A DNA stretch of 64,000 bases, from assembly GCA_012295275.1 (NCBI GenBank), contig CM022667.1, positions 15,252,001-15,316,000 of the forward strand. Reading direction: 5' to 3'. The position numbers were made by a program, and so were the translations under genes. The notes under the pieces are model-generated. The model had not been told where the DNA came from, made no database searches, and saw nothing but the letters and a program-made list of their open reading frames with translations. Source of the DNA: Chrysomallon squamiferum (lineage: Eukaryota > Animalia > Mollusca). The first letter of the stretch is position 1; each line of letters begins with the position of its first letter. Shown here in pieces: positions 47,523-63,242 of the stretch.

Positions 47523-48940
47523 CAGAAATTTGAACGAAGTTGAATTCTTTTAAGGCTCATTTTCCCCCAAAACACTATTTTGAAAAAAAAAACCCGGCTT
47601 AACTGTTTACATTTATGTGTGCTTACTTTGTTGGTAACACAAATACTGATACAAGCAGAGAAAGGCTGTTTTGTAAATTTCGTCCAAACTTCATTTGAAG
47701 CTTAATATAATAGTGTACTGATTTCAATATAGATAAATGGTTTAATAAAATATTTATATTTCCATGTATTTATTTTGTTATTTTGGGTGATTGAATGAGC
47801 TGTATGTAACCGTCACATTATAAAAATGTATATACGTACATATAAACATACACATACACCTATACAGATATATGTATTTATCTGTCTATCTATCAGAAGT
47901 GAACAATTTAACGAACTGGTTTGTTAACATAGTCAAAATTATTTTCTTATTCTTTTTATCTTTTCTAATTTTGATTTTAATATCGATCAAATATAGGCAG
48001 ATAATGAATTTATGACAGTTATAAACATTAAAAATCTTATTTTAAATATATTTCATCATCAGTAAATGTTATAAATATCAATAATGAACATTAATTTGTA
48101 TGTGATCAACTGACTGGAATTCACTCTGACTTGCCGTAGAGTTCTAAAAGAGATCTTTCATCTTTAACCATTTCGAATTTTCTATTATCATTATATTCAC
48201 AGTAGAGTTTTTCCAGTATTCAGAAATATTTAATAATGATGGTGCTGCTCTGTCAGTTCGCTTTATAAATTCTCTTGTATTTTCGGTATTACTGTTCTGG
48301 TACAAAAACAACGAAGAGAAAAGTGCATTTATGTAATTCTAAGCAAAAACAACACGATTTTTCTCCCCGCTCTGTTTTCATATTTCACTGGGCTTTTGAG
48401 GATTTTTTGTTGTTGTTGTTTTTCTGGGGTTTTTTTGTTTTTTTGTTTCGTTTGTATTTTTCGAAGTTTTCTTGCAACACGTCATTTATAACAATCGTTC
48501 TTTGAAGAAATATTTTCTTTTACTGTAAATAACTGTTTTCTTAAAATATATTTCATGCTTTGCATCATCAGAAAGTTTAAAGAAGAAGAAATCTAAGTGT
48601 TTAGGATGTCATATTTGTATTGTCTGAAACACAGTTATTATTGACATAATAATGTTACAGAGAATACAGCTAGTTTTAAGCACTTTTAAACGTCAGATTT
48701 CATGTGAGGAGAATAACACAAAGGAGAACAAGCTGAGTGGTGGGGGAGAAGGAGGAAGAGAGAAAAGAGATAACAAAGAACACGAAGCGAAAGGAGAAGG
48801 GAACAAAGATAAAAGGAAAGAAGGTTAAACTAGAATGGAAAGAGGAAAAAAGAAACAATAATAATAAGTAAAGTAATAAATACATTTCACTTTATTTTAT
48901 ATTACTTTTTAAATTATTATTATTATTATTATTATTATTA

Positions 48941-48981
<41 letters not shown>

Positions 48982-50503
48982 TGATAAAGCTAAGAAATCA
49001 CATTTTAATTTGATAATATAGATTATTAGTACTTATTCAAAATTATATTTAACTGCAATGTAACAAAATTTGCTTAGTTTATGTTTAAAACTAATTTTGA
49101 ACACAGAAAGAAGACAGTGTTTTATTTGGCATATATCTGTAATCGAATAAAACATAATTTAAAACAGTCGTGTGAATTGTATGTAATATTTGTTATTCTC
49201 GTCTCAAAACAAAATCATTAAAGCCTTCAGAAAAGATATAAACCCCCACCCCACAAAAACACGGACATGAAAACATATTTGATTGAACTGCTTAAAATTA
49301 CAATATTATCATTAGGTCATATGTCATGTCTGTATTATTAGGAAAGACAATTTTGATTGTGCAAGTTAGCTTCCGTGAATTAATAATCAGAAGAAAAAAA
49401 ATGACAAAAATGGATGAAGATTGTCGGAATTAATTATTTTGGAATTTTTTCCTTTCAAAATGTTCTGTTTTGAACACACACACATATACAAAAAGCAAAA
49501 AAAGAAAAACAGAAAAAAAAAAAAAAAAAAACATATGAACAAGATAAGTTGACTTTAATTAAATTATAAATTACATTAAAATCAGTTCTCTGCATATGGT
49601 CTGTATTTCTTGACTGTCAATATTAAATATGTGTGTAGAGATAAGAAGTCAAGTACAAAATCATCTGGACCATAACTAAATACATGATCATCTGATATAT
49701 GTGTATATGTGTATGTGACAAATCTATATTTTGCAGTACTGGAAAAGAATTAATAATTGCTATAGAAACAATTACTATATTGATTTATTTCACTACAAAG
49801 GAATATTCTCTGATCGCATTAAACAAAACATCAAGGTAAAAATGATTTCATTCGTTGATATATATTAAAAAAAAAACTCATTGGCTTTTCTTCTTTGCAT
49901 TGCCGTAATATTTCTAAAGATGCAATAATCTGTAACAACTACAATGGCCAGATCGAGCTGTCGATGAAGCTGAAATAGACGATTATCTGTGCAACAAACT
50001 CAGTTTTGTTTCAGTATATCATAATGTCCTGATGGTACAGGGTCGTGCTAGTGTAAGCAGTGTAAACACGATTAAACCATTTGACTCTTTGAAAAGATCT
50101 TGCCTGACGTGTTAATCAAAGCATGAGCGATAATTTTTCACATCTTTTGTAACTTAGATTTATTCTTCAGATTTCTTAAAATTATTTTTAATATATATGA
50201 CACGACATCAACCGAACAGTTTCCCAGAACTGATTAATCTTATGAATTTTATATTTTGTGACAGATAATGTATTAGTAATTCGACATCAACAACAAACAG
50301 TAAGTTTAAAATAAATAATAGAATGATAACGAAAACTAAAAAGTTCAGATAATAATTTTATTTTAATAATTTAAAAAATAGCTCTGTACATTTTTCTTCT
50401 AAGACTTTATCAGTTTTAACCCGCTGATGGCTGTGATGTTGTTTCTAAGTCTGCAATATCTGAAAAATATACAACACGCATGTTTTACATATCTATCTCT
50501 CTG

Positions 50504-50568
<65 letters not shown>

Positions 50569-50876
50569 ACACATGTCTATGTGTTGTATGTGTGTGCGCG
50601 TGTGTGAGAGATATATTTCTTGTATAAACTATTAATACACATTTTTATCATCATTTGGATTCTATCTGCTTTCACAAAGGAATTAAATATATATTTTTGC
50701 CTTTGTTGCGAAACCTTGTGACACTAACTGTAAAATGAAATGAACGTTAAGGACAATAATTCTTCCTGTTCTATACCAAGATTCTTTCCGGATTTAAAAC
50801 TGTTGATTGAAAACTGTGGATTGAACATTGTAGACTTATAAACTTGAAATTAATTTTATGAAATACTAAAACCCAC

Positions 50877-51986
50877 ATTTCTCTATGTTTTTGTTTTCCT
50901 TCGATTCTTTCTCTTGTTCTTCTTCAAATTCTTTCTTCCATTGATTTTCTTCCTTTTTCACTTCCATGTCATGTTGCTTTCCTAGAGAATCGATATAGAT
51001 TTTTGTAATATTCAGATGATGGATACTTACAGAACACCGTATCAGTTGTTTAATTCATTAGAACGTTTCACTATAGACTTTAATTTAGATTATGAAGAGA
51101 GATATGTTAATCAACATTTCTAAAAATAATACCTAAAAATATTAAATATTTGCAATCCGAAAAATATAACATATATTAAACTGAATTTGTTTATCATCAG
51201 TGTAGAATCTCATGGTACTTTTGCACTGATATTATTAAAATATATAATTATATCTGTGTTCTTTAACACAAGTCACTATTTTTAAAATGTTATCTATGTT
51301 TCAGTCGAATGCAAATTTCAGTTATCTGTTGGAATATGGTTTATACTCTACTGTTGGGAATTATAAAGAAAAATATCAAAGTTGAATACTTTTTGAGATT
51401 CTATTCACAATATCAACCTTTTCTGACTTGTTATATTATTTTAAATTAAGAACGTTTAACAAACCTTTACCCATTTCCTTGTATTCCTTATTTTCTTCTT
51501 TTTCTTCAGTTTTCATTTCACCCTTCACTTTAGTTAGTGTCTCAATTTCTGTATCTGCCGCATCACTTGTGTCATTATTGCTACTTCTCTTTGCAATAAC
51601 TAAATTAGAATCATCGTCTAAGCCTAATCCGGTATCAGACTGTTATCTCCTAAACCTAGACCATTATCAGATAGACCATCTTCTCCTAAACCTAGACTAT
51701 CATGAGACAGACCATCATCTCCAAAACCTAGACCATTATCCGATAGGCCGTCATCTCCTAAACCTAGACCAGTATCAGAAATACCATTATCAGAAAAACC
51801 ATCATCTTTTAAATCTTGACCAATATCAGATAGACCATCACCTACCAAACCAAACCCGAAACCATCAATAGATAGGCTTTCTAAATCTATAGCGTCATCT
51901 TGTAAATCCCAACCATCGTCTCTGGTAATTCTGTATGTGAAGGCAGATGTCGAGAAAATAATCAAAACAGCAGTCAGTGATAGCAT
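50877..51986 (-). CDS. Family H copy H2; frameshift at ~51640 truncates it at 120 aa (possible pseudogene)
   Basis: tttcag|ATG at 51986, signal peptide and DGLSDNGLGLG repeats. The tail (DDDSNLVIAKRSS..) is in another frame up to the donor at 51471. The E-rich exon is 50981-50877. Confidence 0.7.
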
Positions 51987-52522
51987 CTGAAAGATAATTA
52001 TAATTAATATTGTATATATCCCTCTGTCTCAAGGTCTCTGCCTGTTTGTCTCTCTAAATCAAAAAATGTTCATCAGAATCAATAGCAGTTTGTTATGGCT
52101 CCTAGTACTGTATTTACTATTACTGCTGCTGCTACTACTACTACTACTACTACTACTATACTACAGCAACAACTACTACATCAACTACTACTATTACTAT
52201 TACTACAACTACTTCAACTGTTAGTGTTACTGTTACTACTTCTGCTAATGCGATAACCATTAATACTGATACTGCTGCTAATACTATTATAATAATTGAC
52301 TGATATGTGTCCACTAATAATAATAGTAATAATTGTAAGGATGATGATGGTGATGATGTTGATTATGTTGTTAATAATAATAATCAAGGATAACTACAAC
52401 AATAACAACGGCAATGAAAATGTATATTCATGTATATAATTAGCATTCACCGCTAACTTTAAAACAATTATAATTATGACATAAAATGGATTGCTTTAAA
52501 AAAAAAGATTAAATAAATAAAA

Positions 52523-52575
<53 letters not shown>

Positions 52576-52904
52576 ATAATAATAATAATAATAATACTAA
52601 TACTTATACTATTACTACTACTACTAATAATAATAAAATAGCCCCTTCAGAATAGAGTATATAAATATTCACCTTGGCACTTTATTGGCTGTGACATTTA
52701 TAAAGTCAAGGTCAAAATCTACGTCCTTTTATAGTAAAGTGATATTAAAATAGATGTTGTTGTTATGTAACACAAGAAAACATAATGTGGCCAGGTGTTT
52801 TTACAAACATTTCGTTTTCATATTCTATGTTGTTTCCCATGTTATGCTAATTGATTTTGTTGTTGTATTCTAGGTTGTCATATAATTTATGTGTTTGGTG
52901 TGTT

Positions 52905-52994
<90 letters not shown>

Positions 52995-53519
52995 GGTTCA
53001 TTAATTAAACAACACAATTTAACGAGCGAAATAAAATTAATTATGAGTATGGAATTCTCAGTCAACACTCACTGCTCAATTAATCATTAATATTATCATC
53101 ATCATCATCATCAGTTTCTACATCACAAAATATACCATAACAACGACAAGAACTCAAATCAAAGCCAGTACAATTAAAGAAAAATACTGTTTTAAAATCT
53201 AAGATTAACGAGCAAAATAAAACACGTGTCGTCGAAGTCAACTGGCATGTAATTGTTCTCTTAACAGTGATCACTCGCAGCTAATTTAATCAAAAACGTG
53301 AAGACGTGGAAATAACAAGAGATTCAGCCATGTGTGTCATTGTGGTCAAACCATTCTATAGTTACGTTTCGTTAACAAAAGAGAGAAGAATCTCTTCATT
53401 ATGCGGCAACCATAATTTATTTATAGTCTATAAATACCTATTGTTCTATACAAAATACGTTAATATTATGTGGTTATTTTATTTTATGCAGATCAGTACG
53501 ACATCGGTCGGTGATTAAA

Positions 53520-53621
53520 TGGTGACGTCTGAAAGTTGGTCACATCTGGTTTTACAGTATATAAGATCGCGATAGACAGCCAAAATGCATCAAACCTTTT
53601 TTAAAGCTTTGACCAGATAAG
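53520..53621 (+). promoter_or_regulatory. G3 core promoter and non-coding exon 1
   Basis: TGACGTCT at 53523, TATATAAG at 53558-53565 and donor AAG|GTGAGT at 53621/53622. Confidence 0.65.
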
Positions 53622-54041
53622 GTGAGTAACGTTCGCAATGTTTAAAAATATTTAACTTGTAAAAATGAAAATAGGTACTGTCTTTCAATAGTAGTAGTAG
53701 CAGCAGATATTTTACGAAATGCATAGTAAGTTATAATTCAGAATTTATAGAACATTTAGGCAATCAATAGCGAGAAAAAGTAGTTTAAATTGTTGAAATA
53801 TTTGATAAACATTCTATATTTTCTGCATGTTAAAAATTATATCAGAACAAGAAATGATGTGTCAAAACCTTGGAGATTTTTAGACAGATCCGTGGGAACT
53901 ATGAGTGCCAGATAAAAATGTGAAATAGATGTGCGTATATAATATATATCTTCGTCGTTGCTGCTAACGCTGTATATATAATTATTTTTGGATAATAAAG
54001 GATGGTAAACACGATTAGAAATTATTGTTGTTGTTGTTCTG

Positions 54042-54079
<38 letters not shown>

Positions 54080-54099
54080 GATTATTACTATTCTTTCAG

Positions 54100-55398
54100 A
54101 TGAATTCTTTTATTTTAATTTTGAGTGTTCTTCTGGCTACAGCTCTGAGTTACAGAATTACTGTTGAAGATGATGGTAAGTAATATACTTTATATTACAA
54201 TAAGCAATAGAAGGAAAAATAAAGATGAATTTAATATTACCGTTTAAATAATTAAATAAACTAAACTATATATAAGTTAATATATAAAAAACATTAAACT
54301 TAACTTCCTTCAACTATTGACAAATGTCACTAAGTTATTACTATTGTCTTCTCTCCAGATGGTAAAAATAGCTTAGGCTCGGACAAACTCGCTGATCTTG
54401 TAGCCCTGCTGACTAGTGATAAAGATCTGGACGATGCCTCTATCGGACTGGGAGATGATGGACTCTCTGGTATGGGACTGGGACTAGGAGGAGGTGATGA
54501 ACTCTCTGGCTTGGGATTGGGATTAGGAGGAGGTGATGAACTCTCTGGCTTGGGATTGGGATTAGGAGGAGGTGATGAACTCACTGGCTTGGGATTGGGA
54601 TTAGGAGGAGGTGATGAACTGTCTGGCTTGGGATTGGGATTAGGAGGAGGTGATGAACTCTCTGGTATGGGATTGGGATTAGGAGGAGATGGACCCTCAG
54701 GTATCGGTTTGGGATTAGGAGGAGGTGATGGACTATCAGGTGTCGGTTTGGGATTAGAAGGAGGTGATGGACTATCAGGCATGGGACTAGGAGGAGGTGA
54801 TGGACTATCTGGTATGGGATTGGGATTAGGAGGAGGTGATGGACTATCAGGCATGGGACTAGGAGGAGGAGATGGACTATCAGGTATGGGGATTAGAAGG
54901 AGGTGATGGACTATCAGGTATGGGATTAGGAGGAGATGATGGACTATCAGGTATGGGATTGGGATTAGGTGGAGATAATGGATTATCAGGTATGGGATTA
55001 GGAGGAGGGATGGACTATCTGGCTCGGGATTAGGAGGTGGTGAAGGACAATCTAGTATGGGATTAGGTGATGTGTCAGGTCTGCTCAGAGAAATCGCAGA
55101 CCTCCTCCTCAAAGACAAACAAACTGACGAAGCTGATGCTTTGAACAAAGCCGCTGACGTCATCGACAAAATGGAAAAAGATATCAAAGAGAAAATGGCA
55201 GAGGAAGAGAAAAAGGCGGAAGATGAGATAACGAAGGAGTTGGAAAAGGAATCTAACAAGGAAGAGAAGGAAGAGAAAGATATGGAGTCTGAACTGGCTG
55301 CTGAAGATAAACAAGAATCCAGCGAAGAGAAAGAAGCGGAAAATGAAATGAACACTGAACTTGACGAGGAAACAAAGAAAGAGACAGAAACCGAATAG
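54100..55398 (+). CDS. Family G copy G3 (two compensating homopolymer indels, probably intact)
   Basis: Exons 54100-54175 and 54359-55411 (stop 55396-55398), with a terminal exon from 55871. Relative to G2 there is an extra G at ~54890 and a missing G at ~55008. The ORFs at 54472 and 55057 are in the same frame. Confidence 0.78.
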
Positions 55399-57353
55399 GA
55401 ACTAACTAAAGGTATGTTTTCTTATCCCTCTTGAAACCACTGAAATAGAGAAATTTAGACGAACAAATTAAAGCATTATTAAATACATGATAGTAATGTT
55501 CTAAATCGAGAAAATAAATGATTATTGGTCATCAGTAAATTTGCACGCAGATAGAAATCTACAGATATAGAGACACACATGTATGAATGAATGCATACAT
55601 ACTAATATGTGTAAATACCAACATATATGTACATACCTGCAAATTCACACATACGTATACACAGGTTAATAGATACAAATGCAGACACATATATGCACAT
55701 GCAGATTTATAGACACATAAACGAATTTAGATACTTATTTACATATATGCATGCAGTCTGTATTTATAATGATTATGCTGTTATTGTTATTTCTATAACT
55801 CAGTGACTGTAACCATAATTTGTTTCCAAAATATTGTTACTTTATTTATCCATTTTTTTATTTAATACAGGGACGGATCAGCTTGATACAAACTCGGCTG
55901 AGTGAAGATTTGAACACAGAACTGTGATTACGTCTAACGATGAAGGACTATACTGATGACTCTGAATAGACAAAGCGAACACCGAAATAATTTTAGCTTT
56001 GTTTAGACTTTTGAACTATTCTGAATAAAAATTATTTAAACTTAGTTTATGCTTTCATTTTCATTATTCTTAACATTATTCTAAATCGCTCTCTGAGTCA
56101 CCTGGAGCGATCAGTTGGTATACTTAAAAAAAAATCATTGGTTGAATTTGTCGGAAAGATAGTTTTTATTTTAGATAATTATTTAGTTTTCTCAGAACTA
56201 TGCTACTTGTTAGTAGCTTCAAAGAGTATTTTTCGTTGCATATGCTGGTTCTTTACAAACAATGCGAAAATAAGATACTGAAGGAATAAATGGTAACATT
56301 TTTCATGACTTTTGAAACAGCATAATACCAAAACAGAACCAGTCAGAACGACCGATTATGTGTCATTTATTAGCAAAGCCAGCAACTAATGGAATTTTTT
56401 GTATTTGCTTCCAAATACAGTTATTAAAGGATCCATGAACTGATGTTACGGCGCAGAGACGTGTATAATGTGAGATCTGCTTTTCACGGAATTTCCTCAG
56501 TGATAAACCGGCGTGTTTTATTTCTATATCAAGAGATTGTCATCAGCCAGTCTAAGTACACAGACGTCAAATGTAACGGTAAGACACGTTCTAACAAGAA
56601 AATGCAGCTGAAAATTTCAGGATATACAGGTTAATACTTTGAAACCTTGTTCTCATCGAGTTTCCTCAGGAAAATATTCCATGATAAAACTGCGATATCT
56701 GATGTTTTTGCAGATTTTCAGCGAACTGAACATTGCAAAGAATTCCATAAAAAGATGCTGAAAATTCCTTTTTACAGATTTTCTTAACAGAGCTCACGGC
56801 ACTAATAATTCGAGATTTATGATTTGAAATCTGATTCTTAAGTAATTTCGTCAAATTTTTTTTTTTATACAAACAATCATATATTAACACTTTAAAATAA
56901 CTGAGTTCAAAAACGAAGCTACAGAACATGTAAATTTTCTCACTAGTTTTCAGAAACTTATTATCATTGTACGTATTATGTGTTACTATTGTCGTAATAA
57001 ATGTTAGCAAATAGCTGATATTTAGTTTCGATCGTGGTATATGCTTTTTTCTTATTTGTTTGTTTGTTTATTTATTTATTTATTTATATATTTATTTATT
57101 CTTTCAATTAAATAACGTCTTCACTTAGGATTGGTAGCAGTCGGCCAAAATTCTGATTATGAAATGAGACTTTTGTTAGCTATGACGATTACTAAGCGAA
57201 CTGTCTGTCCGGTGCAAGAAAAGTTTTCGAGAGCAAATTTGATGTCTGGTACAAGATAGCATTATGAAAAAAGACGATAAGAAAATACGATTTCATGATC
57301 ATTTCATTTCATGATCAAAACGTTTTCTTTAAAAGGTATTTATTTTATACAAA

Positions 57354-57425
<72 letters not shown>

Positions 57426-58941
57426 AAAATAATAATAACATTAAAAAAATAAAAAAATAAAATACAGACACGAACAAATTTAAAGTACTTAACTTCAGAT
57501 TCAGAAACAATAAGGTTGACAAACAGAGATCGATTAGCTACAACTGAAAATATCCCTAGAAAACACTGTTCACAGCTAGATGTAACAAATATTCTGACAC
57601 AAGTTGTAATCACATTAAAATACTTGGATTATATCTATCATACATTATTTTTGTTATTTTTATTATTATATAATTACTAATTTTACTGTATAGAAATCTA
57701 AGCTCTCTAAATGGTACCCGCCCGTTCTCGACACCGTTAGTTCAGGATTTACTTTTACAAACAACTAAATGTAAATATAACACATATAAGATACAGACAT
57801 TTTATAAAAATATTTTTCTTCTGTATTTTAATCTCTTGAAAATAATAAAAACAGAAGGAACAGAAATCAATTGATGTAAAAGTCTGGTAAAAGAGCAAAC
57901 AGTAAGTGTATGTGTGCGTATGTGTGTGTGTGTGCGTGTGTGTGTGTCTATTTCTGTGTGTGATATGGGTGTGGGTATGTATATATACTGCTTATGAATC
58001 GTATAAATATTATATGCTTAATAAGTTTCTAACTTATTTGTTCCAAAAATATAATAATAGTAGAAAGAAAAAATAAAATAAAATAAAACAACCAGCCAAC
58101 AACAACAACAACAAAAAAAAGTTTTAATTATCAACGCAAATCAATTAACTTTTTTGTTTGTTTTTATATTATCTTATGTTACTGTCGATTTACGTTTTGA
58201 AACAAATCAAAATTTTAGCTATTTTTCACGATCTTTCTTCTGTCTATTTTTACAGTAAAACTAACTATTTTGTATTTATTTAAATTAATAAATATAGCTT
58301 TTATCAGAATGGATGTAAAAATGGAATGAATGCATATTAACACAATTTTCACTTTTTCCGCCGTTACGTTATGATGTTGTTTTCTTGTATGACTCGTTTA
58401 ACGCATGTCTTTTTCTACGTTAATGTCTTTTAAAAAATGTTTTCTCGTTTAACGTCGAGTTAATGGTGTTTTATAATACTTTTGCTTTTTGGTAATTTTA
58501 TGCTTCTTGTGGCAAATGGGACTTAATAACGTTTTATTTGAGCTTATTTAATTATTCAAAAAATCAATGAAACGTTTTAAAACGTTTCCTATAATGTACT
58601 GTTAGTTTTCACAAAAGTCAATTAGCGGTTAATTAAATATGGATTTTATTTTCTTGTAAGTAGGAGTGAGAAAATGTTTTAGGAGTTTTCATTTGAAGAA
58701 GACAGAAACTCAGTTGTGAAATCATTTGATGAACAGCAGAGATGACCAAGTTACACATATTTTTAATTCTTGTGTACAACAATATTTCTCAGAACATACG
58801 CAAATGCCGAAGAGAGAAGACATCGATATCAAATTCAAATCGTAAAAATCGACCTCGAATTCGAAATATTTCAGTTGATCTCTATAAAAAAATATTTTAA
58901 GATTTTATCTTTGTAACATCGATTAACCGTTATCGCTGAAA

Positions 58942-61900
58942 ATGATGATGGCTCACATCTGGGAAGTCTGTTTTCTTATTTCGGTTTCATGCTTCGAATT
59001 AATTTCATCATCGTCCACTTGTGGTAGATATGAAATGATGAAAGAGAGCATTACACCAAACATGTTAGTCAAGAAAATAACGAAGATATTTAAAACGAGG
59101 ACGGCGACAAAGTTGGACTGTTCTAGACTTTGTGTCGAGGATGAACGATGTGTAGCGATGATGATCTGCGCTCCACAAGGTCATCTTATTGGTTTTATGA
59201 TTTCAGATTATCAGAGTTCTGAGAGTCCAGAGTACGACTCGTGTGACTTTTTTACGATGGTAAGTATTTAAAATATACAATAAAATAAATCTCACTTTAC
59301 GTTTAAATTGTGTACTTAAAATGTTTTAGTTCATGAGTGTATAAAGCTACTTAAAATCTGTTTCTTTTGCAACATATTTAAAATATAAGTTTTTAATTCT
59401 GTGAACAAAAGAGACGTATAGGTTGTATTCAAAATGGCAAGTATTTCAATTGTAAATTATAATGAACTACATCTTCTGTAAAAAAGTAAAGAAACAGATA
59501 AATAAAAAAATAAATAAAAAGAGATAAAAGAAATCAAAAAGAAAGACTGAAAGAAAGAATGAAATAAATAAATATTTTAAAGAATTTAAAAAAATAAATA
59601 AATAAATAAATAAATAAATACACTCCTTCTAGCGGTAAATAATGAACTTATGAAGAATAAATCTTAAGGATGTTTACGAAATTGTAATTATTTAGACTCA
59701 CTTTTAATCAATTGATTCTATTAAACAAATTCTAATTACAGAGATTATTTTACGACATGTTTTTTAATGTGTAATTAGGACGATAACTGGTTTATTTGTT
59801 TCTATAAGGATATTCTATGTAAACAATCATGTTAGCAAGATAAGTAAGTTTCATGTTCTTAAAAAAGCTAACTTTCTAATTGATTTCTGAGTATTTCTAG
59901 TCAGATATTTAGAAATACAAACAAATATATATATTCCTTGGTTGCTGTTTTGTTTTTTGTTTAGTTTGTTTGGAATACATATATATATTGTTTTTATTTA
60001 TTTATTTATTTTTATTATTATTCACCATTTTTATCTTATGGTACTGTCGATTTCAGTTTTGAAACAAATCAAAACTTTAGCTACTTTTCAAGATCTATTT
60101 TCTCTCTACTTTTGCAGTAAAACTAAGTATTATGCATTTAATTAAATTAATAAATATAATTTTTATCAGAATCGATGTAAAAATGGAGGGTTTGCTAAGG
60201 ATGCTGGGTATTGTACTTGTACTCGAGGTTTCGGTGGATCGTACTGTGAAACCGCTGTAAATGGTAAGATACAGGAAAATAGTTAAATTTGTAAGACAGA
60301 ATTCCTCAGTTCAGTGAATAAAATCAGTACTTGTGCTTTTAGTGAAGATTAACTTCTACTAGAGAAATGTAATCAAACATTTAAACAATAATAGTATTAA
60401 CAAACATCATTCTCTTTCTTTCTGTTTATTTGTTTCTGTCTTTCTGTTTATATCTCTCTCCATCTATCTCTCTCTCTTTGTGTCACTCGATCACTCTTTA
60501 TCACTATCTCTGTCTGCCTCTCTCTGTCTGCCTCTCTCAGTATATATATATATATCTATAGAGACACACACACACAAACACACACGCACACACACACACA
60601 CACACACAAACACACACATATATGTAGGTTATGAAAGTTCAAGAACATGCACCTGGCACAAAGTTAAATTAAAAAATATCAGATTATATTTAAATCAATA
60701 TCTGTGCGGTTTTTTCTTTTTGTTTGCAGAAACATGCTTTAATGAGTGGCGGCTTATCCATGAAACTGGACATCCTGAATCTTTGGAGCAGTTTCAATCT
60801 GTAGTGAGCCAACCATGCAAAGCGAACTTCAAGACGGTTATTAATGGAACTAAAATCCACTCCATCGACTTTGCTGAAGTTCAGGGAAACACAACGCTGA
60901 CCCTGTTTATCTATCATCTTAATAAATCATCCTGGGACACATTCAGCGATGATGTAGTAAGACTTTTCTATGCCACTTTAGACAGCAAATATCAAACAAT
61001 GATGTCTGTCCATATTGCCGGATCATTCATAGAGTCCGCCACGAGTGAAATCACAGCCAAGTGGTTTGTCAAAGATTTCTCAGATGGGGAACCATGTTTT
61101 AGTAATAGCGGAAATGGATCAGTTCTTGAAGGTGAAATTAATCTGTTGACTTCCAGAATAAAAGAAGGATCAGCATTAATGTTATCTAAAACCGTGTTTA
61201 TCTCAAAAGATTCAAACTGTTTTTAGTGTGGAGACAGAGACGTGTTCAACGTATGCGAAGTTCAACAGCACACCGCAATGGTACATATACAGAGTGGACA
61301 CATCTGGGATGAAGCGAGTCCTTCGACGGCAGATTGGAATTGAAACCTCAGCTTCTACTTCGTCAGACCAAATACCTCACACTTGGTGCACTGATAGCTG
61401 CTGGATTAAAGTATATTCTGTAGACGAATCTGGAAGAGTGCTGTCCGGATCGGTTACAGCTTTAATTCAATCTTTGCTTGGTGGTCATCGACTGAGGATT
61501 GTCACAGAAGACATTGCTTCAGAAACTAAAGTAGTCTACATTGTTCGTGAAAACATCACAGTGAGCCTTGAGGATATGATGCTGCCTATTGGAGCCAGTG
61601 CGTTCGGTCATTCAGGACAAATAAAAGATTTTGAAGAATCTGGAACAGATGAAAGAAGATTGGCGTTTTCAGATGGTCACTTGCAGACTTTTGTTTACAA
61701 ATATGAGACGGGCGTGAAAACTGGAATTTACGAAAATCGAACCCGAATAGACTGGTTTACAGATACACGTACATGGAATGAAGCACTGGTTGTCAGTAGT
61801 GACGGAGAAATAGTGAAAGGGTCGCTTGGAAGTCTGCGAGAAAGGATTCTCAACGGCGCTTCTGTCCGTATCGTAGTCGAGTCTCAAGATGGCGGGCTTA

Positions 61901-62141
61901 AAATATTTGATGTCGATCCCTTAGAGTTGTCACCTGACGGTAACGTTGCTTCTGAAGTGATTTACCGAACCGGGGTTGATTTTAGCAATGATAATCAGAT
62001 TTCTATTTCATCGGATTATCAGCTGAAGTCAACCATCATAACGACCAGTGGATTTTTAACATCGAGATTGTACACGTACAGGCGGAATATATAAAAGGTG
62101 AACAACAAGGCGTAAAATGTAGATGGTTTGTTCAGATGTAA
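58942..62141 (+). pseudogene. Family A copy A6 (mirror of A4), frameshifted
   Basis: Exons 58942-59259, 60170-60263 and 60730-62141. There is a 14-nt deletion at ~61217 and the same terminal shift as A4 (stop at 62094, WFVQM* out of frame). Confidence 0.82.
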
Positions 62142-62445
62142 TAGAATGGAAGTGGCATGGAAAGTTTGGTAGCATCAAGATTTAAATGCGTTTCTATCTT
62201 TTGGTCGTGCAAAAAGCAGTACTGACAGAAAATAATATTTCTTATGAGGTAACAAAAATTGATTAACTATTTATCAACTGCAGTAATACAAATATTAATA
62301 TATCAGTCTTTTTTTTTTTTTTTTTAATAAACGTAATAATATAGCAAGTATAATAATATAGATAATAATATTCAAGTATTCTAATAAAAATAAAATACAT
62401 GTGTATATCAAGGTTTCTATTAGTGATATTAATAAATCAAGTATT

Positions 62446-62485
<40 letters not shown>

Positions 62486-62489
62486 TATA

Positions 62490-62521
<32 letters not shown>

Positions 62522-63242
62522 ATTTTAGTACCGATAATACTAGGTTTGAACCGAAAAAGAAAGGTGTACAATTTCAAATACTATGCTACATAATTATAAC
62601 GAAAAATCACTGTCGGTAGCCTACTTGGTAAACTGTAAGACGCGTCGATTTCCGTATGTGACGAGATGAGAATAAAAATTTCACGTTGCAGGCCACTTGA
62701 TCAGGATGCTAATATTTCAGTAGGATAACAAATAAATAATGTTTATAAAATGCGGTTTGAAAATGTACGTTTATCACTAAAAGTCAGTGAGAACAAATCT
62801 GGGATGCTTGATGCTGGGCACAGTGTCAGTGACGTAGCCTCGGAGCGGTCGTCTGAATATAACTTCGACTGCGCATGATCGGTATATCCGAAATACTCCT
62901 CTCCAGGAGCCATGTTCTCGAATATGTCGGATTGTTAGCCGAAAGTGCCGTTTACTTGTCGTTACGATGTCGTTCGAAGTTTGTCGTATTAAAAATGTCC
63001 ATAAAACCAAATCAGACATAAAATTATCTAAATGGTTGCATTATAATAACAGATTTTGAATCATCATATTATTCTGAATGAAAAGAGGCCGCTTGCAAAA
63101 CTGTAAACTGTTTATGTTATTTCCATAGAAAAATGTCAAACGTTTCAATGATAATTTCTTATATTAAAAACAGTCTATGCAAGTTAGAAAATGTCAGAGT
63201 TATATCACGTAAAAAAAAATTCTATAAGTTCCGTACTTTATT

